From Mobula hypostoma (Eukaryota): a DNA stretch of 64,000 nt. The notes under the pieces are model-generated. The model was given only the letters and a program-made list of their open reading frames with translations. It was not told the origin of the DNA and made no database searches. Below are positions 1 to 12,338 of this stretch, piece after piece. Location: NCBI RefSeq assembly GCF_963921235.1, contig NC_086097.1:141174001-141238000 (forward strand). The letters run 5' to 3'. The position numbers were made by a program, and so were the translations under genes. Each line of letters opens with the position of its first letter. Position 1 is the first letter of the stretch.

Positions 1-2860
1 TGTCCACAACGTACGTGGACCCGTTGTTACTGATCACCTTGAACGGTCCCTCGTACGGCCGCTGTAGCGGTGCCCGGTGTGCGCCCCTTCGTACGAATAC
101 AAACTTACTGTTCTGCAGGTCTTTGTGTACGCAGGTCGGGATCTGTCCGTGCTGTGAAGTCGGTGCGGGGACAAGGTTGTCGAGACTTTCGCGTAGTCTG
201 TCCAGGAGTGCTGCGGGTTCTTCCTCTTGCCCCCTTGAGGCTGGTATGAACACTCCTGGGACGACCAGGTGAGTGCCGCACACCAGCTCGGCCGACGAGG
301 TGCGCAGATCCTCTTTGGGTGCTGTGCGGATTCCAAGCAGGACCCAGGGAAGCTCGTCCACCCAGTTAGGCCCTTTCAGGCGGGCCATGAGAGACGAATT
401 TAAGTGACGGTGGAAGCGTTCCACTAGTCCCTTCGACTGTGGGTGACAGGCAGTTGTGTGGTGTAATTGTGTTCCCAACAGGCTGGCCACAGGCGAAGGT
501 GAACTGGGCGCCCCTGTCGGAGGTAATGTGGGCCGGTACCCCGAAGCGGGCTACCCAAGTTGCAATCAGCGCTCGGGCGCGGGAATCGGCGGTGGTGTCG
601 TTGAGCGGGACTGCCTCTGGCCATTTCGTGAACCGGTCTACCATAGTTAGGAGGTACCGCGCTCCTCGCGACACTGGCAGAGGCCCCTCGATATGCACAT
701 GAATGTGGTCGAATCTCCGGGGGGTGGGTTCGAACTGCTGCGGCGGGGCTTTGGTGGGACGCTGCACCTTGGCTGTTTGGCACTGCGTGCACGTTTTGGC
801 CCATTCGCTGACCTGTTTGCGAAGTCCGTGCCACATGAACCTGGTGGAGACCATCCGGACGGTTGTCCTGATAGATGGGTGCGCCAAGCCGTGTATGGAG
901 GGGAAAACTCGCCGCCGCCAGGCTGCCGGGACGATGGGGCGACGTTGGCCAGTAGCCACGTCACACAGGAGGGTCCTCTCGCCTGGGCCTACGAGGAAGT
1001 CTTGCAACTGCAAACCCGAGACTGCGGTCCTGTAGCTGGGCATCTCGTCGTCTGCCTGCTGCGCCTCCGCCATGCTGCATAGTCCACCCCCTTGGACAGA
1101 GCCTGGATAGCTGATCTGGAGAGTGCGTCTGCCACGAAGTTGTCTTTTCCCGAGACATGCTGGATGTCCATCGTGTACTCGGAGATGTAGGACAGATGTC
1201 GCTGCTGGCGGGCCGACCAGGGGTCGGACACTTTCGTGAACGCGAAGGTCAACGGTTTGTGGTCCATGAACGCGGTGAGCGGCCTGCCTTCTAAGAAGTC
1301 CCTGAAATGCCGGGTTGCCAGATATAGTGCCAACAGCTCCCGGTCAAAGGCACTGTACTTGAGTTCGGGTGGCCGTAGGTGCCTGCTGAAGAACGCTAGG
1401 GGTTGCCAGCTCCCCTCGATGAGTTGCTCTATCACCCCACAGACTGCTGTGTTGGATGCGTCCACTGTGAGGGCGGTTGGAACGTCCGTTCTGGGGTGCA
1501 CCAGCATCGCGGCGTCTGCCAAGGCTTCCTTGGCTTTGACGAAAGCAGCCGCGGCCTCTTCGTCCCAAGTAATTTCCTTGCCTTTACCCGACATCAGGGT
1601 GAACAAAGGGCTCATGATACGGGCTGCTGAGGGGAGGAAGCGGTGGTAGAAGGTCACCATACCAATGAACTCCTGCAGGCCTTTGACTTTGTTGGGCCGG
1701 GCGAAGTGGCGGATCGCGTCGACCTTAGCGGGCTGAGGTGTTGCCCTGTATTTGGTAATCCTGTGGCCCAGGAGGTCGATGGTGTCGAGTCCGAACTGAC
1801 ATTTGGCCGGGTTGATCGTGAGGCCGAAAGCACTCAGGCGGGAGTAGAGCTGGCGGAGGTGGGACAGATGCTCCTGACGACTACTGCTGGCTATGAGGAT
1901 GTCGTCCAAATAGATGAACGCAAAGTCCAGGTCGTGTCCCACCGCATCCATTAGTCGCTGGAACGTCTGTGCGCATTCTTCAGGCCGAACGGCATTTGGA
2001 GGAATTTGAACAGGCCGATGAGTGATGGGTGTTGGGTGATGAGTGTTGTTTTGCTGATGTCTTCAAGGTGTACCGGGATTTGATGGTACCCCTGGATGAG
2101 GTCTACTTTGGAAAAGATGCTTGCCCCATGCAGGTTTGCTGCAAAGTCCTGTATGTGCGGCGTGGAGTGGCGGTCTGGAGTTCTAGCCTCGTTCAGTCTG
2201 CGGTAGTCGCCGCACGGTCTCCAGTCCCCGGCTGCTTTGGGCACCATGTGGAAGGGGGAGGCCCATGGGCTGTCGGACCGCCGTACGATCCCCAATTCCT
2301 CCTTCCTCTTGAACTCCTCCTTCGCCAGGCGGAGTTTGTCCGGGGGGAGCCTTCGTGCGCAGGCATGGAGGGGTGGTCCCTGGGTCGGAATGTGGTGCTG
2401 TACTCCGTGTCTGGGCATGGCTGCCGTGAACTGCGGTGCCAGAACCGATGGAAAGTCCGCCAGGATTCTGGTGAATTCATTGTCAGACAGCGTAATGGAG
2501 TCCAGGTGTGGGGCCGGCAACTGGGCTTTACCCAGGGAGAACGTCTGGAAAGTCTTGGCATGGACCAGTCTTTTCCCTTGCAAGTCGACCAGCAGGCTGT
2601 GGGCTCGCACGAAGTCCGCCCCCAGGAGTGGTTGAGCCACAGCGGCCAGTGTGAAGTCCCACGTGAACCGGCTGCGCCGAACTGTAGCTACACTGTGCGG
2701 GTGCCGTAGGTCCGAATCGTGCTGCCGTTTGCGGCCCTCAGGGTGGGTCATGTCGCCCTGTTGTGGGTGTCAAACCCCATCGGGGGTAAGACGCTGATCT
2801 CCGCTCCGGTGTCGACCAAAAAGCGGCGTCCCGACTGTTTGTCCTAGACATACAGGAGGC
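1..2860 (-). pseudogene. Gypsy pol (protease, RT, RNase H, integrase), disrupted
   Basis: Protease DTG at 2805-2813; RT in ORFs 1951-2751 and 989-1951; integrase in ORF 366-1073, continuing in another frame (...RAPLQRPYEGPFKV) to the window edge. Confidence 0.92.
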
Positions 2861-2889
2861 TGTCCTGGTGGTCAGATCGCCGTAGCCAG

Positions 2890-3590
2890 TGGCGGCGGTT
2901 GGCCCTGGCGTTTCCCGGGAACTTGCAGGGCGGGCGACAACGGCGGGCTTCTGTGCCCCACCGCTGGTGGTAGAAACACCACTGTTCATTGGCCTCCTCA
3001 CTCCTGCCTCTGGGTTGTATGCGCTCCGTTGCCGGGCCTGGTCTGGCCTGCTATTGGGCCCGTGGCTTGGTGATCTGTCCGACGGACTCCCCGCTCTCCC
3101 TCTTGCTTTCCTAGCACGTCTGCCCGGGCCGCCACCTTCCGGGGGTCACTGAAATCTGCGTCGGCCAGCAGCAGATGTATGTCCTCGGGCAGTTGTTCCA
3201 GGAACGCCTGCTCAAACATGAGGCAGGGCTTGTGTCCTTTAGCCAGAGCCAGCATCTCGTTCAGTAATGCTGACGGCGGCCAGTCTCCTAAACCGTCCAG
3301 GTGCAGCAAGTGGGCACCTCGTTGACGCCGTGAGAGGCCAAAGGTCAATAAGATCAGCGCTTTGAATGCTGCATATTTGCCTTCTTCGGGAGGTGACTGT
3401 ATGAAATCCCCAACCCGTGCGGCGGTCTCCTGGTCAAGGGAGCTCACCACGTAATAGTAACGTGTGGAATCCGAAGATATCTGTCGAATCTCTAACTGGA
3501 CTTCTTTTGCTCAAACCACACGCTTGGTTGCAGCGTCCAGAAAGTTGGCAGTTTTAGCGAAACTGTGTGAACAGATGAAGAGTCAATCAT
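2890..3590 (-). pseudogene. Gypsy gag with CHCC zinc motif, disrupted
   Basis: ATG at 3590 (MIDSSSVHTVSLKLPTFWTLQPSVWFEQ), frameshift near 3505, ORF 2998-3450, then CFYHQRWGTEARRCRPPC (C-x2-H-x9-C-x3-C) at 2925-2978. Confidence 0.85.
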
Positions 3591-3614
3591 CTTTGGTCCA
3601 AATCCCGTTTGGAC

Positions 3615-3628
3615 CGTCGGGGTCACCA
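3615..3628 (-). other. Primer-binding site complementary to the tRNA-Trp 3' end
   Basis: Minus strand TGGTGACCCCGACG, 1 nt after the LTR-terminal CA; matches the eukaryotic tRNA-Trp 3' end ...CGTCGGGGTCACCA. Confidence 0.85.
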
Positions 3629-3629
3629 A

Positions 3630-3849
3630 TGAAGCGATGTGCTACACACAGAGCTAAAAATAACGACACGCAGTCTGTAAATTGCACTCGAGACTTGTTT
3701 ATGCAAATTTCGCGGCACTGGCTTTTAAGCAGTTCCCATCCAGCCCTCTCCGGGCGGAAAATGACGTCAGAGGTGCATTACAAAAGCCTCACCCTGCATG
3801 TGGGCTATTTTGTGAGCCGCTTCGCTTGTGTAGAAAGTGGGTCGCCACA
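3630..3849 (-). repeat. 5' LTR of the Gypsy element (about 220 bp)
   Basis: Minus strand begins TGTGGCGACCC (3849) and ends ...CTTCA (3630) next to the PBS. Flank from 3850 resumes the duplicated-unit sequence seen at 18181 and 50623. Confidence 0.8.
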
Positions 3850-4479
3850 GACTCTGCTTTGTTGATTCGGGTTTTGTCTGGGAAATAGGGAGGCTTTGCC
3901 CATAAGGAGGTTTTCCAGAGAATGTACCAGGACCTCCTGTAACTTTATCGGTCACCAGACTTGAATGCCTCTGATCTGACCCTCAGCAAATTGCTGATTT
4001 CATGGTTCATGCGAGGCATCTGGTGGGAGAAGACTCTGAATGAGTTTGTGGGGAGACACTCGTCTCCAACTGTTTTTCTCAAGTCCATGATGTAGGTGCC
4101 CATTGAACCTATATGGTGGAGGTGTATTTATTCAGAACCATAGATGTATCCTTGAAAATGGCTCAGACCACTCGTAGGGTTTCCATATAGCAATAACCAC
4201 TCATATGCCTCCCTCGACCACCACGTTGTTGTCCTTATCTCTGGAGATTATATCCAGTTCCTTGATTTGCCTCCCTCATAGCTTGACCTATCCCTCATAC
4301 GGATATTGGCTTTCAGGGAATAATGTGCAAAGGCACCCTGGGCCCTCTGAACATACACACCTTGCAAACTGCCATCATTTGAAAGAAAGCTACTATTAAA
4401 CGGGATAGGATGACATCATATTTTCTCATATTCATTCCCTTCAGCAACAAATATTCCTTTGGATACTACAGTGGGGGAT

Positions 4480-5060
4480 GGGGGAAGAATGACCTGTCAG
4501 TGCACGGCAGCAGCAGCCAGGCCAGTGGCAGTATGGCCGGCTCTGTGGCTCAGCAGGGGAGGGTAAAATCAGGTAGAGTGATAGTGATAGGAGACTCAGT
4601 AATTAGGGATTGGACAAGAGATTTGGTGGCCGCGACAAAGACGCAGAATGGTGTGCTGCCCCCCAGGTGCATGGATTAAGCAGGTCTCAGAGCAGCTGCA
4701 GAAGAGTTAGGGTAACCAGACAAAGGCCGAGGGGTACATTGACACCAATGACATGGGTAAAAACAGGGAAGAGATTTTGCACAGTAAGTATAAGGAGTGC
4801 TGGAAGAGGCCACAGAGCATGTGTAACCTCTGGATTACTCACAGTTCCGCATGCTAGTTAAGTCAGAAGCAGGATGAATGAGTGGCTGAGGATCTGGTGT
4901 AGCGGGCAGGGTTTCAGATTGTTGGATCATTGTGATCTCATCTAGGGAAGATATGTCTTGTACAAAAAAGATTGGTTCAACCTCAACCCAACGGGGATCA
5001 ATATCATTGCGAGTAGGTTTGCTAGAGCTATTACAGAAGGTTTAGACTAAGTTAGCAGGG
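4480..5060 (+). pseudogene. CR1/L2-type LINE ORF1 esterase (SGNH/GDSL) relic
   Basis: RVIVIGDSVIR motif (ORF 4410-4679); paralogs at about 20270-20840 and 51270-51420, and similar minus-strand relics near 10560-10860, 28020-28320, 44560-44880. Confidence 0.65.
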
Positions 5061-6029
5061 GAATCGGAAAGGAGTGATGGGGCTGTCCAATACAGCGTTT
5101 AGCGAGACAGTGAGGAAATATAGGCAGATGATACTAAGGCTGGTGTTCTCTCCTGTCAGTTTGATCTCTCTGAGGTCAACGCCAATCTAGATCACATCTT
5201 TCCTCACACAAGCATAGCTGTTCCGGTGATTTGGGGAATAGAAACAGGTGAGGACTGCCGAACAGTCAGATCCAGGTCCAGATGGAGAAGTTCCTAACAA
5301 GTTGTTTGTCCCTGCCTCTGTGTGTTCCTAAATGTTGGCCTGGGGTCACTCTTCCCATCTGGTTGGCCATCCAGGGATTCAACAGACCCTGGAATTCATA
5401 AAGAGATGATTTACATGGCAGTCTCTGTCCCAAGATGTCCACGTCTTTATCTCTGCCTATCTCATTTGTGCCCAAAACAAGATGTCACATCAGCACCTAG
5501 TGAACTGGGAGAAATAGGGGACAGAGAATCGTTCTTGGGTTCCAATTCGTGACATCGTGGACAAGTCACTCATCCAGGACCTCCAGCGGGTACAGGTCTC
5601 TAGTGCCTCTGGAGCTGTGTCTCGTGACGGGGTGGGGTTGCGGGGTGGTGAGGGTGGTGATCTGTTAAAACCATGGACTCAGCTGTGGAGAGGGCAGCTG
5701 AAAGCGGTCATCAGCAATCACGCTCGTGAGAATGCACATTGCAGACAATTAGGGTTGCATTGTAGCTTTATTAAACTCACCTCAGTCTTGTCAAGTATTG
5801 ACTGAAGCAGAGCGACGGCGACACTCCCCTGTGTACCTTAGCCAACTTTCCAAGATAGAAGACTCCAATTTAGTTTGACACCTTAAAGGAGTGGTACTAA
5901 CTTACTATTAAGTTACTCCTTCTGAAGCTCAGTTTCAACGTTAGATTTTGAGTTTGAATTTTAGTTTGTAGCCCTATTGGCTTCGCATTTATTATTTTTC
6001 TTTTATCTTGTACAGTGCTCATTAAATTT

Positions 6030-7600
6030 CAGTTTACCCAGGAGTCAGTATTGGGACCACTGTCATTAATTATTCTGTAAATGATTTGGATGCGAATATA
6101 TACAGCACAATGTTCACTACACCCTCAGTCTTGGTATCATCTGCAAATTTGCTGATCCAGTTTACCATATTGTCATTTACATCGTTAATATAAGTGACCT
6201 ACAACAATGGATCAAGCACCGATTCCTGCAGCACAGCACTAGTCACAGGCCTCCAGGCAGAGAGTCAAACACTAGCCACCATTCTCTGGCTTCTTCCGCT
6301 AAGCCAACATTGAATCTAACTGACTACCTCATCCTGAATGCCAGGCGACCTAATCCTCTTGCCGATTCTGCCATGTCTTAATTTATCAAAGGCTTTTCTG
6401 AAGACCATTGTGTTCCCTTCAACAAGCTTCTTGGCAACTTCCTTAAGAAAATCTCTATAAATTAGTTAGACATCACTTACCATGCATTAAGCCATATAGC
6501 TTATCTCTTTTCAGGCCCTGTCTATCCAAACACTGGTACATGTACATCGTATCCATGAGGAAACCTTCCAATAATTTACCCACAACTAATGTCAGGTTCA
6601 CCAGGCTCTAATTTCCTGTTTATTCTTAGAACCATTCTGAAATGTTAGCAAACCTCCAGTCCTCCAGTACCTCACCCATGTGTAGGGATGTTTTAAATAT
6701 TACTGCCAGGGCCCCTGTAATTTCTGCACTAGCCTCTCACAAGGTTGGAGAGGACACCTCGTCAGGCATTTGGGATTTATTCACCCTTAATTCTTCTCAA
6801 GACAGCAAGCACTTCCTCTTCTGTAATCAGAACATGGTCCATGACCTCTAGTGTTTTGCCAGATTCTATGGTATTTGTGTCTGTCTCCTGAGTAAATGCA
6901 AACACAAAAATAAAACATTTAATATTTTTCCGCATCTCTTTTAGCTGCATGCATATATTACCAACTTGATCTTCAAGGGGACCAATTTTGTCCCTTGCTG
7001 TCCTCTTCCTCCCAGTACCTATAGAACCCTTGGATTCTGGTTTACCTTGTCTGCTAGAGCAACCACTTATCGCTTTTCAGCCTTCCTGATCTTTCGTTTG
7101 TGTTCTCTTGCATGTCTTATATTCCGCAAGTGCCCCATTTAACAATAGCTGCCAATACCTGACATGTGCTTCCTTTTTGTTTACCAGGTCCTCAATATCC
7201 CATCATAAATAAGGTTCCCTAAACCTGACAACCTTCCTTTTTATCCTAATAGAAATATACATATTGTGTACTCTCAATACACAATGCCGTTGAAGACCAA
7301 CCACCAGCCAGTGTCTCTTTGTTAGAAAACAGCCTATCCCAAGCCACACCTGGCAGATTGCTTCTGATGCCATCAAAATTGCTCTTCCTGCAGTTTGGAA
7401 TCTTAACTTGAAAAACAATTTTATCCAATCTCCATAATTATTTTGAAGTCGATGGAATTATGATCACTATATCCAAAGTGTTTCCCTATATTCACTTCTG
7501 TCACCTGCCCCGTCTCATTACCGAAGAAGAGATCCAATATTTTGCTCTCGTTAATTGGGAATTCTACATATTGATAATGAAGCTTCCCTGAGCACATTTG
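6030..7600 (-). mobile_element. Old CR1-like LINE ORF2 fragment with a short inverted RT piece
   Basis: Minus strand ISKFADDTK near 6130-6150; plus-strand PQESVLGPL-like piece at about 6035-6110. Paralogs at about 22715-24300, 42490-43620, 54915-56500. Confidence 0.65.
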
Positions 7601-7642
7601 ACAAACTCCATCTCATCCAGTTCTATTACAGTATGGGAGTCC

Positions 7643-8642
7643 TGTGTACATACACCTATTGATGCTTCTGGACACATCTTCAGTGAAGTTCCTGGAATCA
7701 TCGGATGTTTCAGGTCTTTCAACATCATACAGTCTCCTCCAGGTGACCCAGCCGGGGCTGATCAGACCCCAGCTTGTGTCCAGATAGCTAGCTACTTATG
7801 ACTCCATGGCTCCCTTCTTTTGAGGCACAGCCATCTTGAGGCCCTATCTGCCGCATCAGTGGTACTGCGGATGGCTCTCCTCTTCCTCTCTCCCTCGATG
7901 CCCAAAATGCTGAAGGCTCTAACTAAAGAACGCGCTAGGAATCCCCTACAACCAACCTCCACTGGGAGACACCTCGCTCTCCATCCAGTTCTTTGGTTCT
8001 TCGAGTAAGATGTTTTGGAGCCTTCCTTGTCCTCTTCTCCGAACCGCACAGCTGCGATACTGACAATAATTGTTGTCATGGCTTGCAGCTTCCTATCAAC
8101 CCCTCCCTTCGCCGTTGCCTCCAGAATTTGGTTAGCATCTTCATCAAACAGCTTCCACAGTGAAGTCATGTTAGCTGCAGGCCATTTGATCCATCTCCTG
8201 TTAGACTTCATGTTAGATTGATTAGTTTGCAACACTTGGAGGTTCCAGGCACTATGGGGTGACTCCGGGCCTGGCCCCTCCGTCGTCTCACCAGGTTGGA
8301 CACCTACGCATTGTGCTGCTCCTGCTCCCACCAAACACTTCATCCTCGCTTGGTGGATCTTCAAGCCATGATCGTTCTTGCAGATTTTGCCACATACACA
8401 CTGCTTCCTCATCGTCGTTTGTTCATTGCCTGGGTCTGATGTCATTGTGTCCATCGGACTGGGGTGCTCATCCCCCCGCCCTCTCGGGCACCCCTGGGGG
8501 TATCTTCTCCTTAGATTCTTTGTAGCTTTTGTGGGGGTTCTCCTTTCAGAGGACACAGATTGCGTTGCCAGCCCGTTCTGCCCTGGTTGTCGTCTCTCCG
8601 GGCTGTCACTGACTCTCCAGTCATCACCACTCTTTTCTTTCC
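7643..8642 (-). mobile_element. Internally deleted R2-like (Hero/NeSL-type) non-LTR element
   Basis: ORF 7792-8730 holds an N-terminal zinc finger CVCGKICKNDHGLKIHQARMKC fused to a restriction-like endonuclease tail GWRARCLPVEVGCRGF; no RT. The ~1 kb is absent at paralogous sites (24318, 43645, 56520). Confidence 0.75.
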
Positions 8643-9659
8643 TAATAAATAGGAAGAAAGTTAAAATCACCCGCTGTCCCAACCTAAACACTAGAGATTC
8701 TACAGATGCTGGAAATCCAGAGTAACACATAAAAAATCCTGGGGGAATTCATGAGGTCAGGTTTTCCTATGAAATGGAATAAAGCGTCAATGCTTCAGAC
8801 CAAGACCCTTCATCAGGACCCTTCATGAATCCATTGACTGTTTATTTCTTCTGCAGTTGCTGCCTTCCCTGCTGAGTTACTCTTGCATCTTGTATGTGTT
8901 AGTGTATCTACCTTATATTTCTTGCAACTGTCCGCTATCTCCCTATGAATTTGTTTGTCCAAATCCTGCTGACTATTAGAAACTCTATAAAGTCCCATTA
9001 ACATGATCATCCATTTTATTTTCCACAGATTCATGAAAATTGCCTTGGCAGATGAGCCTTCTGTATGTCATCTGAGAATTGCTATGACATTATCTCTGAT
9101 GAGTAATTTGAGCACTCCCTCCCGCTTTAATACCTCTTTCTCTGACATGTCTAAATCAGCAGAATGCCAGAACATTGGGCTGTTAGACTTCCCCGTCATG
9201 TAACCATGTCTCAATAATGATTTCAACATTGTAAGTCCACACATGGATCCATGCTCCATGTGCATCAGCCTTACCTACAACCGTCCCTGTCTTGCAATAG
9301 ATGCAACTCAGAACCTTTATCCACCCTGCTCAATCTTGCAGTTTCCATCTCTGCTTAAAAACGATAAATGCCGCAGATGCCGGAAATCCAATGCAACATC
9401 CACAAAATATTTCCTTGTAGTCATGACATCTCTTCTTTCCACAACCACTTGATTGTTGTCCTGCCACTCTGGATACCATCTATCTTAAACAGTCCTTTCA
9501 ACACTTCCGAGCAGGATTAGCAAACCTTCCTATAAGGATATTGGTTGCTCTCTAGTTTGGGTAAAAACTGTCAGATTTGCAGAGATCCCATCTGCCCTGG
9601 AATGGAGTTCAGTGATCCAAAAACTCTGAAGCCCTCTCCCATGCACCATCTGTTTAGTC

Positions 9660-10400
9660 ACATGTTTCTTTCTTTTTAATTCTTTTTATTAATTATTATT
9701 GAAAATCAACAAAAATACATTGAAGTAGTCAAATCAACATATTAATATATACAGTACGAGTTAACCTATCAAATAACTGATTAACCAAGCTAAACAGTAT
9801 ACCAATAATAATAACAAAAGAGAAAATGTTAAAACTATTATTTTTCTGGAAAAAAGAAAGAAGGAAAAAAGAACCCCTCCCAACTTAAAAATGAACAAAA
9901 AAAAACATTGGGAGCACAACCCCGAAGTTATACGCCATACAAGCTTCCATAAAAGAAAAACATCCATCTGCCAACCAAAACCAATTACACAGGAATCAGA
10001 TGGGGACCACCTTAATTAACTCAGATCAAATGGTCACAGCGGGCTAAAGAACACCACCTTTTCTCAAAGTCAAATCGAGGACAAAAGTTCGACTTCTAAT
10101 TTTCTCCAAACTAAGACATAACATCACCTGAGAGAACCATTGTTCAAAGTGGGAGCAGAGGCATCTTTCCATTTCAAGAAAATAGTCCTTCAGGCCAATA
10201 ACGTGACAAATGCAATTACACGTTCGTCTGATATAGAAATACCGTGAATATATTGAGGAATTATACCGAACAAAACTGTCAACTTATAAGTCACATGTTA
10301 AACTGCACTGTCTTCCTTATTTTTTACCTCACTGCAATGGACAGCTTCGTGCAACCGCTATCTTGGAGGTCCTGTCTTTTAATTTTGTACCTTATTCCCT
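9660..10400 (-). mobile_element. L1/Tx1-like LINE 3' fragment (unit component, 5 copies)
   Basis: Paralog translations LLARRAILLKWK...W...LSLEKIR resemble an L1 ORF2 C-terminus; A-rich 3' end on the left. Copies at about 27120-27860, 43990-44400, 51550-52300, 57570-58290. Confidence 0.7.
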
Positions 10401-11419
10401 GAAATCATCTTGCAAGTCCTTGTCACTTTTCCTGCTTATATCATTGGTATCATATGTACCATGACTTATCGCTTCTCACCCCCCCCCCCTTAAGATGGCT
10501 ATGGACTCAATTCAAGATATCTCTGATCCTCTATACCTGGGAGGCAATGTAACATCCAAGAATCTTTTCTTGTCTCAGGTCGTTCTATCTGTTTCACTAA
10601 CCAATGCTAACCAATAACCTCCATCACTACTACTAGCCTCTTCTTCCTCCCCCACCCACCTTCCTTTCTAAACCAAAGAGACATACTGAGTGCCGAGACC
10701 ACTGACCACTGTGGTAGGTCATCCCCCTAACACTATATAAAATGATAGACTTATTGTGGGGGAATGCCCACAGGGGCATTCTGCACTGTCTGCCAATACA
10801 CCTTCCCTATGTTCATGATCACCCAGCTACCTGTTTCCAGTAACAGTATGTCTCCGTAACTCCTATGAACACCTCAATTTTCTGAATGATCGGAATGTCA
10901 TCTAGCACCAGCTCCAATTCCTAATACGGTTTGTAAATGTGGATGCACTTATCACAGGTATAGACATCTCCCTAACTTCCACAGCATGCAAGAGAAGCAC
11001 AACACTGCTCTAGCTTCTAATCCCACTGGCCTCTCTGTATAACAATAAAGAAAGAAGTTAGAAGAACTTAAACCTGTAGAAGTTTATGAAATCATGAGGG
11101 GTATAGACCGGTCATAACCTTTTCCCCAGGACTGGAGAGACAAAAACTCAAGGACACTGATACAAGATAATAGAGAAGAGATTTAAAAGAGAACCAAAAG
11201 ATAATTTCCGTATGCAAAGGATAGTGAGCTGCCTGACGAAGTGGTTGAGATGGTGCATTTGTAATATTTAAGATGTATTTGCATAGGTAAATGGAAAAAA
11301 AGAGCTTTAAGGACTATGAGACTAATGCAGCTGCTGGAACTAGCAGGGAGGATGCTGTGGTTAGCATGGACGACTGGGGCAGACGGGCCTCTATCCGGGC
11401 TCTGTTACTCAATGATTCT

Positions 11420-12250
11420 ATGAAATAAAAAACATAAAATTCTTCAAATGCTCATATGGACAGATGGCATCAGTGTAAATAAAATCAGAGTTAAGGGAGT
11501 TCAAAGATAGCATAGAAGCAAAACAGAGGGCAGGAAGTCTGCAAAATGCCTAGGACAGATTAGGAGAATGGACAAAAATATGGTAGATGGAACACAGTGT
11601 AGGGAAGTGTATGGCCATGCAATTTGGTAGAAGGAATGAAGGCACAGAATATTCTCTGAAAGCAGAAACCGAATGTGCAAGAAGACTTGAGAGTGCTGGT
11701 GCAGGATTCCGAAAAGGCTAACTTGCTGTTTGAGTCAGTCGTGGAGAAGACAAATGCAATGACAGCAATCATTTCGAGGGGTCTAGAATATATTCAGAAT
11801 AGAATGGGAATCAGATTTAATATCACTGACATTGGTCATGGAAAGTTATTTTGCAGCTGCAGTACAGTGCAATATATAATAAAATATAAATTACAGTAAG
11901 ATATATATTAAATTAAATAAGTAGAGAAAAAGAGAGCAAAGCAAGAAAAGAATAGTGAGGTAGTACATGTGGATTAATTGTGCATTCAGAAATCTAATCA
12001 ATAAAAAGTTATAATGTTGAGTCTTTATAAGAGATTGGTAGACTGCATATGGAGTATTGTGAGTAATTTTGGGCTCCATATCCGAGAAACAATGTCCTGG
12101 TATTAGAGAGGGTCCAGAGGAGGTTTAAGAGAATGGTTCCAGGAATGAAAGGGTTACCACATAAGGACGTTTGACGGTACCAGGCCTGTTCTAGCTGCAG
12201 CCCAGAAGACTAAGGGTATCTCTTTGAACCTTACTGACTATTTAAAGGCC
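11420..12250 (+). mobile_element. Old CR1-like RT 3' fragment (unit component)
   Basis: Decayed WQME...KC..MHFGRRN...L..VQDS.K..EAVQRRFKRM.P motifs; copies at about 30080-30870, 45440-46255, 59190-60050. Confidence 0.65.
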
Positions 12251-12338
12251 TGGACGATGAGAGGATTGCTCTGTAGTCGGGGAGTCCGGGGCCAAAGGGA
12301 ACAGACACATTATAGAACATCATTTCAGAACAGAGACA

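Larger units (their letters stand above)
1..3849 (-). mobile_element. Ty3/Gypsy LTR retrotransposon, CsRn1-like clade, frameshifted; 3' end lies left of the window
   Basis: Minus-strand order LTR-PBS-gag-PR-RT-RNaseH-IN. Motifs: gag VSLKLPTFW and CHCC; protease FLVDTGAEISV; RT SPWASP...DYRRLN, SKVDL, FIYLDD; RNaseH LTVDAS, DHKPL; integrase HPSIR...C..C, ITSDRGAQF. Several frameshifts split the ORFs (366-1073, 989-1951, 1951-2751, 2998-3450). Confidence 0.95.

Noticed and set aside
2029-2709. Antisense ORFs over TE coding regions (for example 2029-2709, 693-1082, 30858-31478, 34114-34677)
   Set aside because: Shadow frames of GC-rich retroelement sequence with no domain signal.
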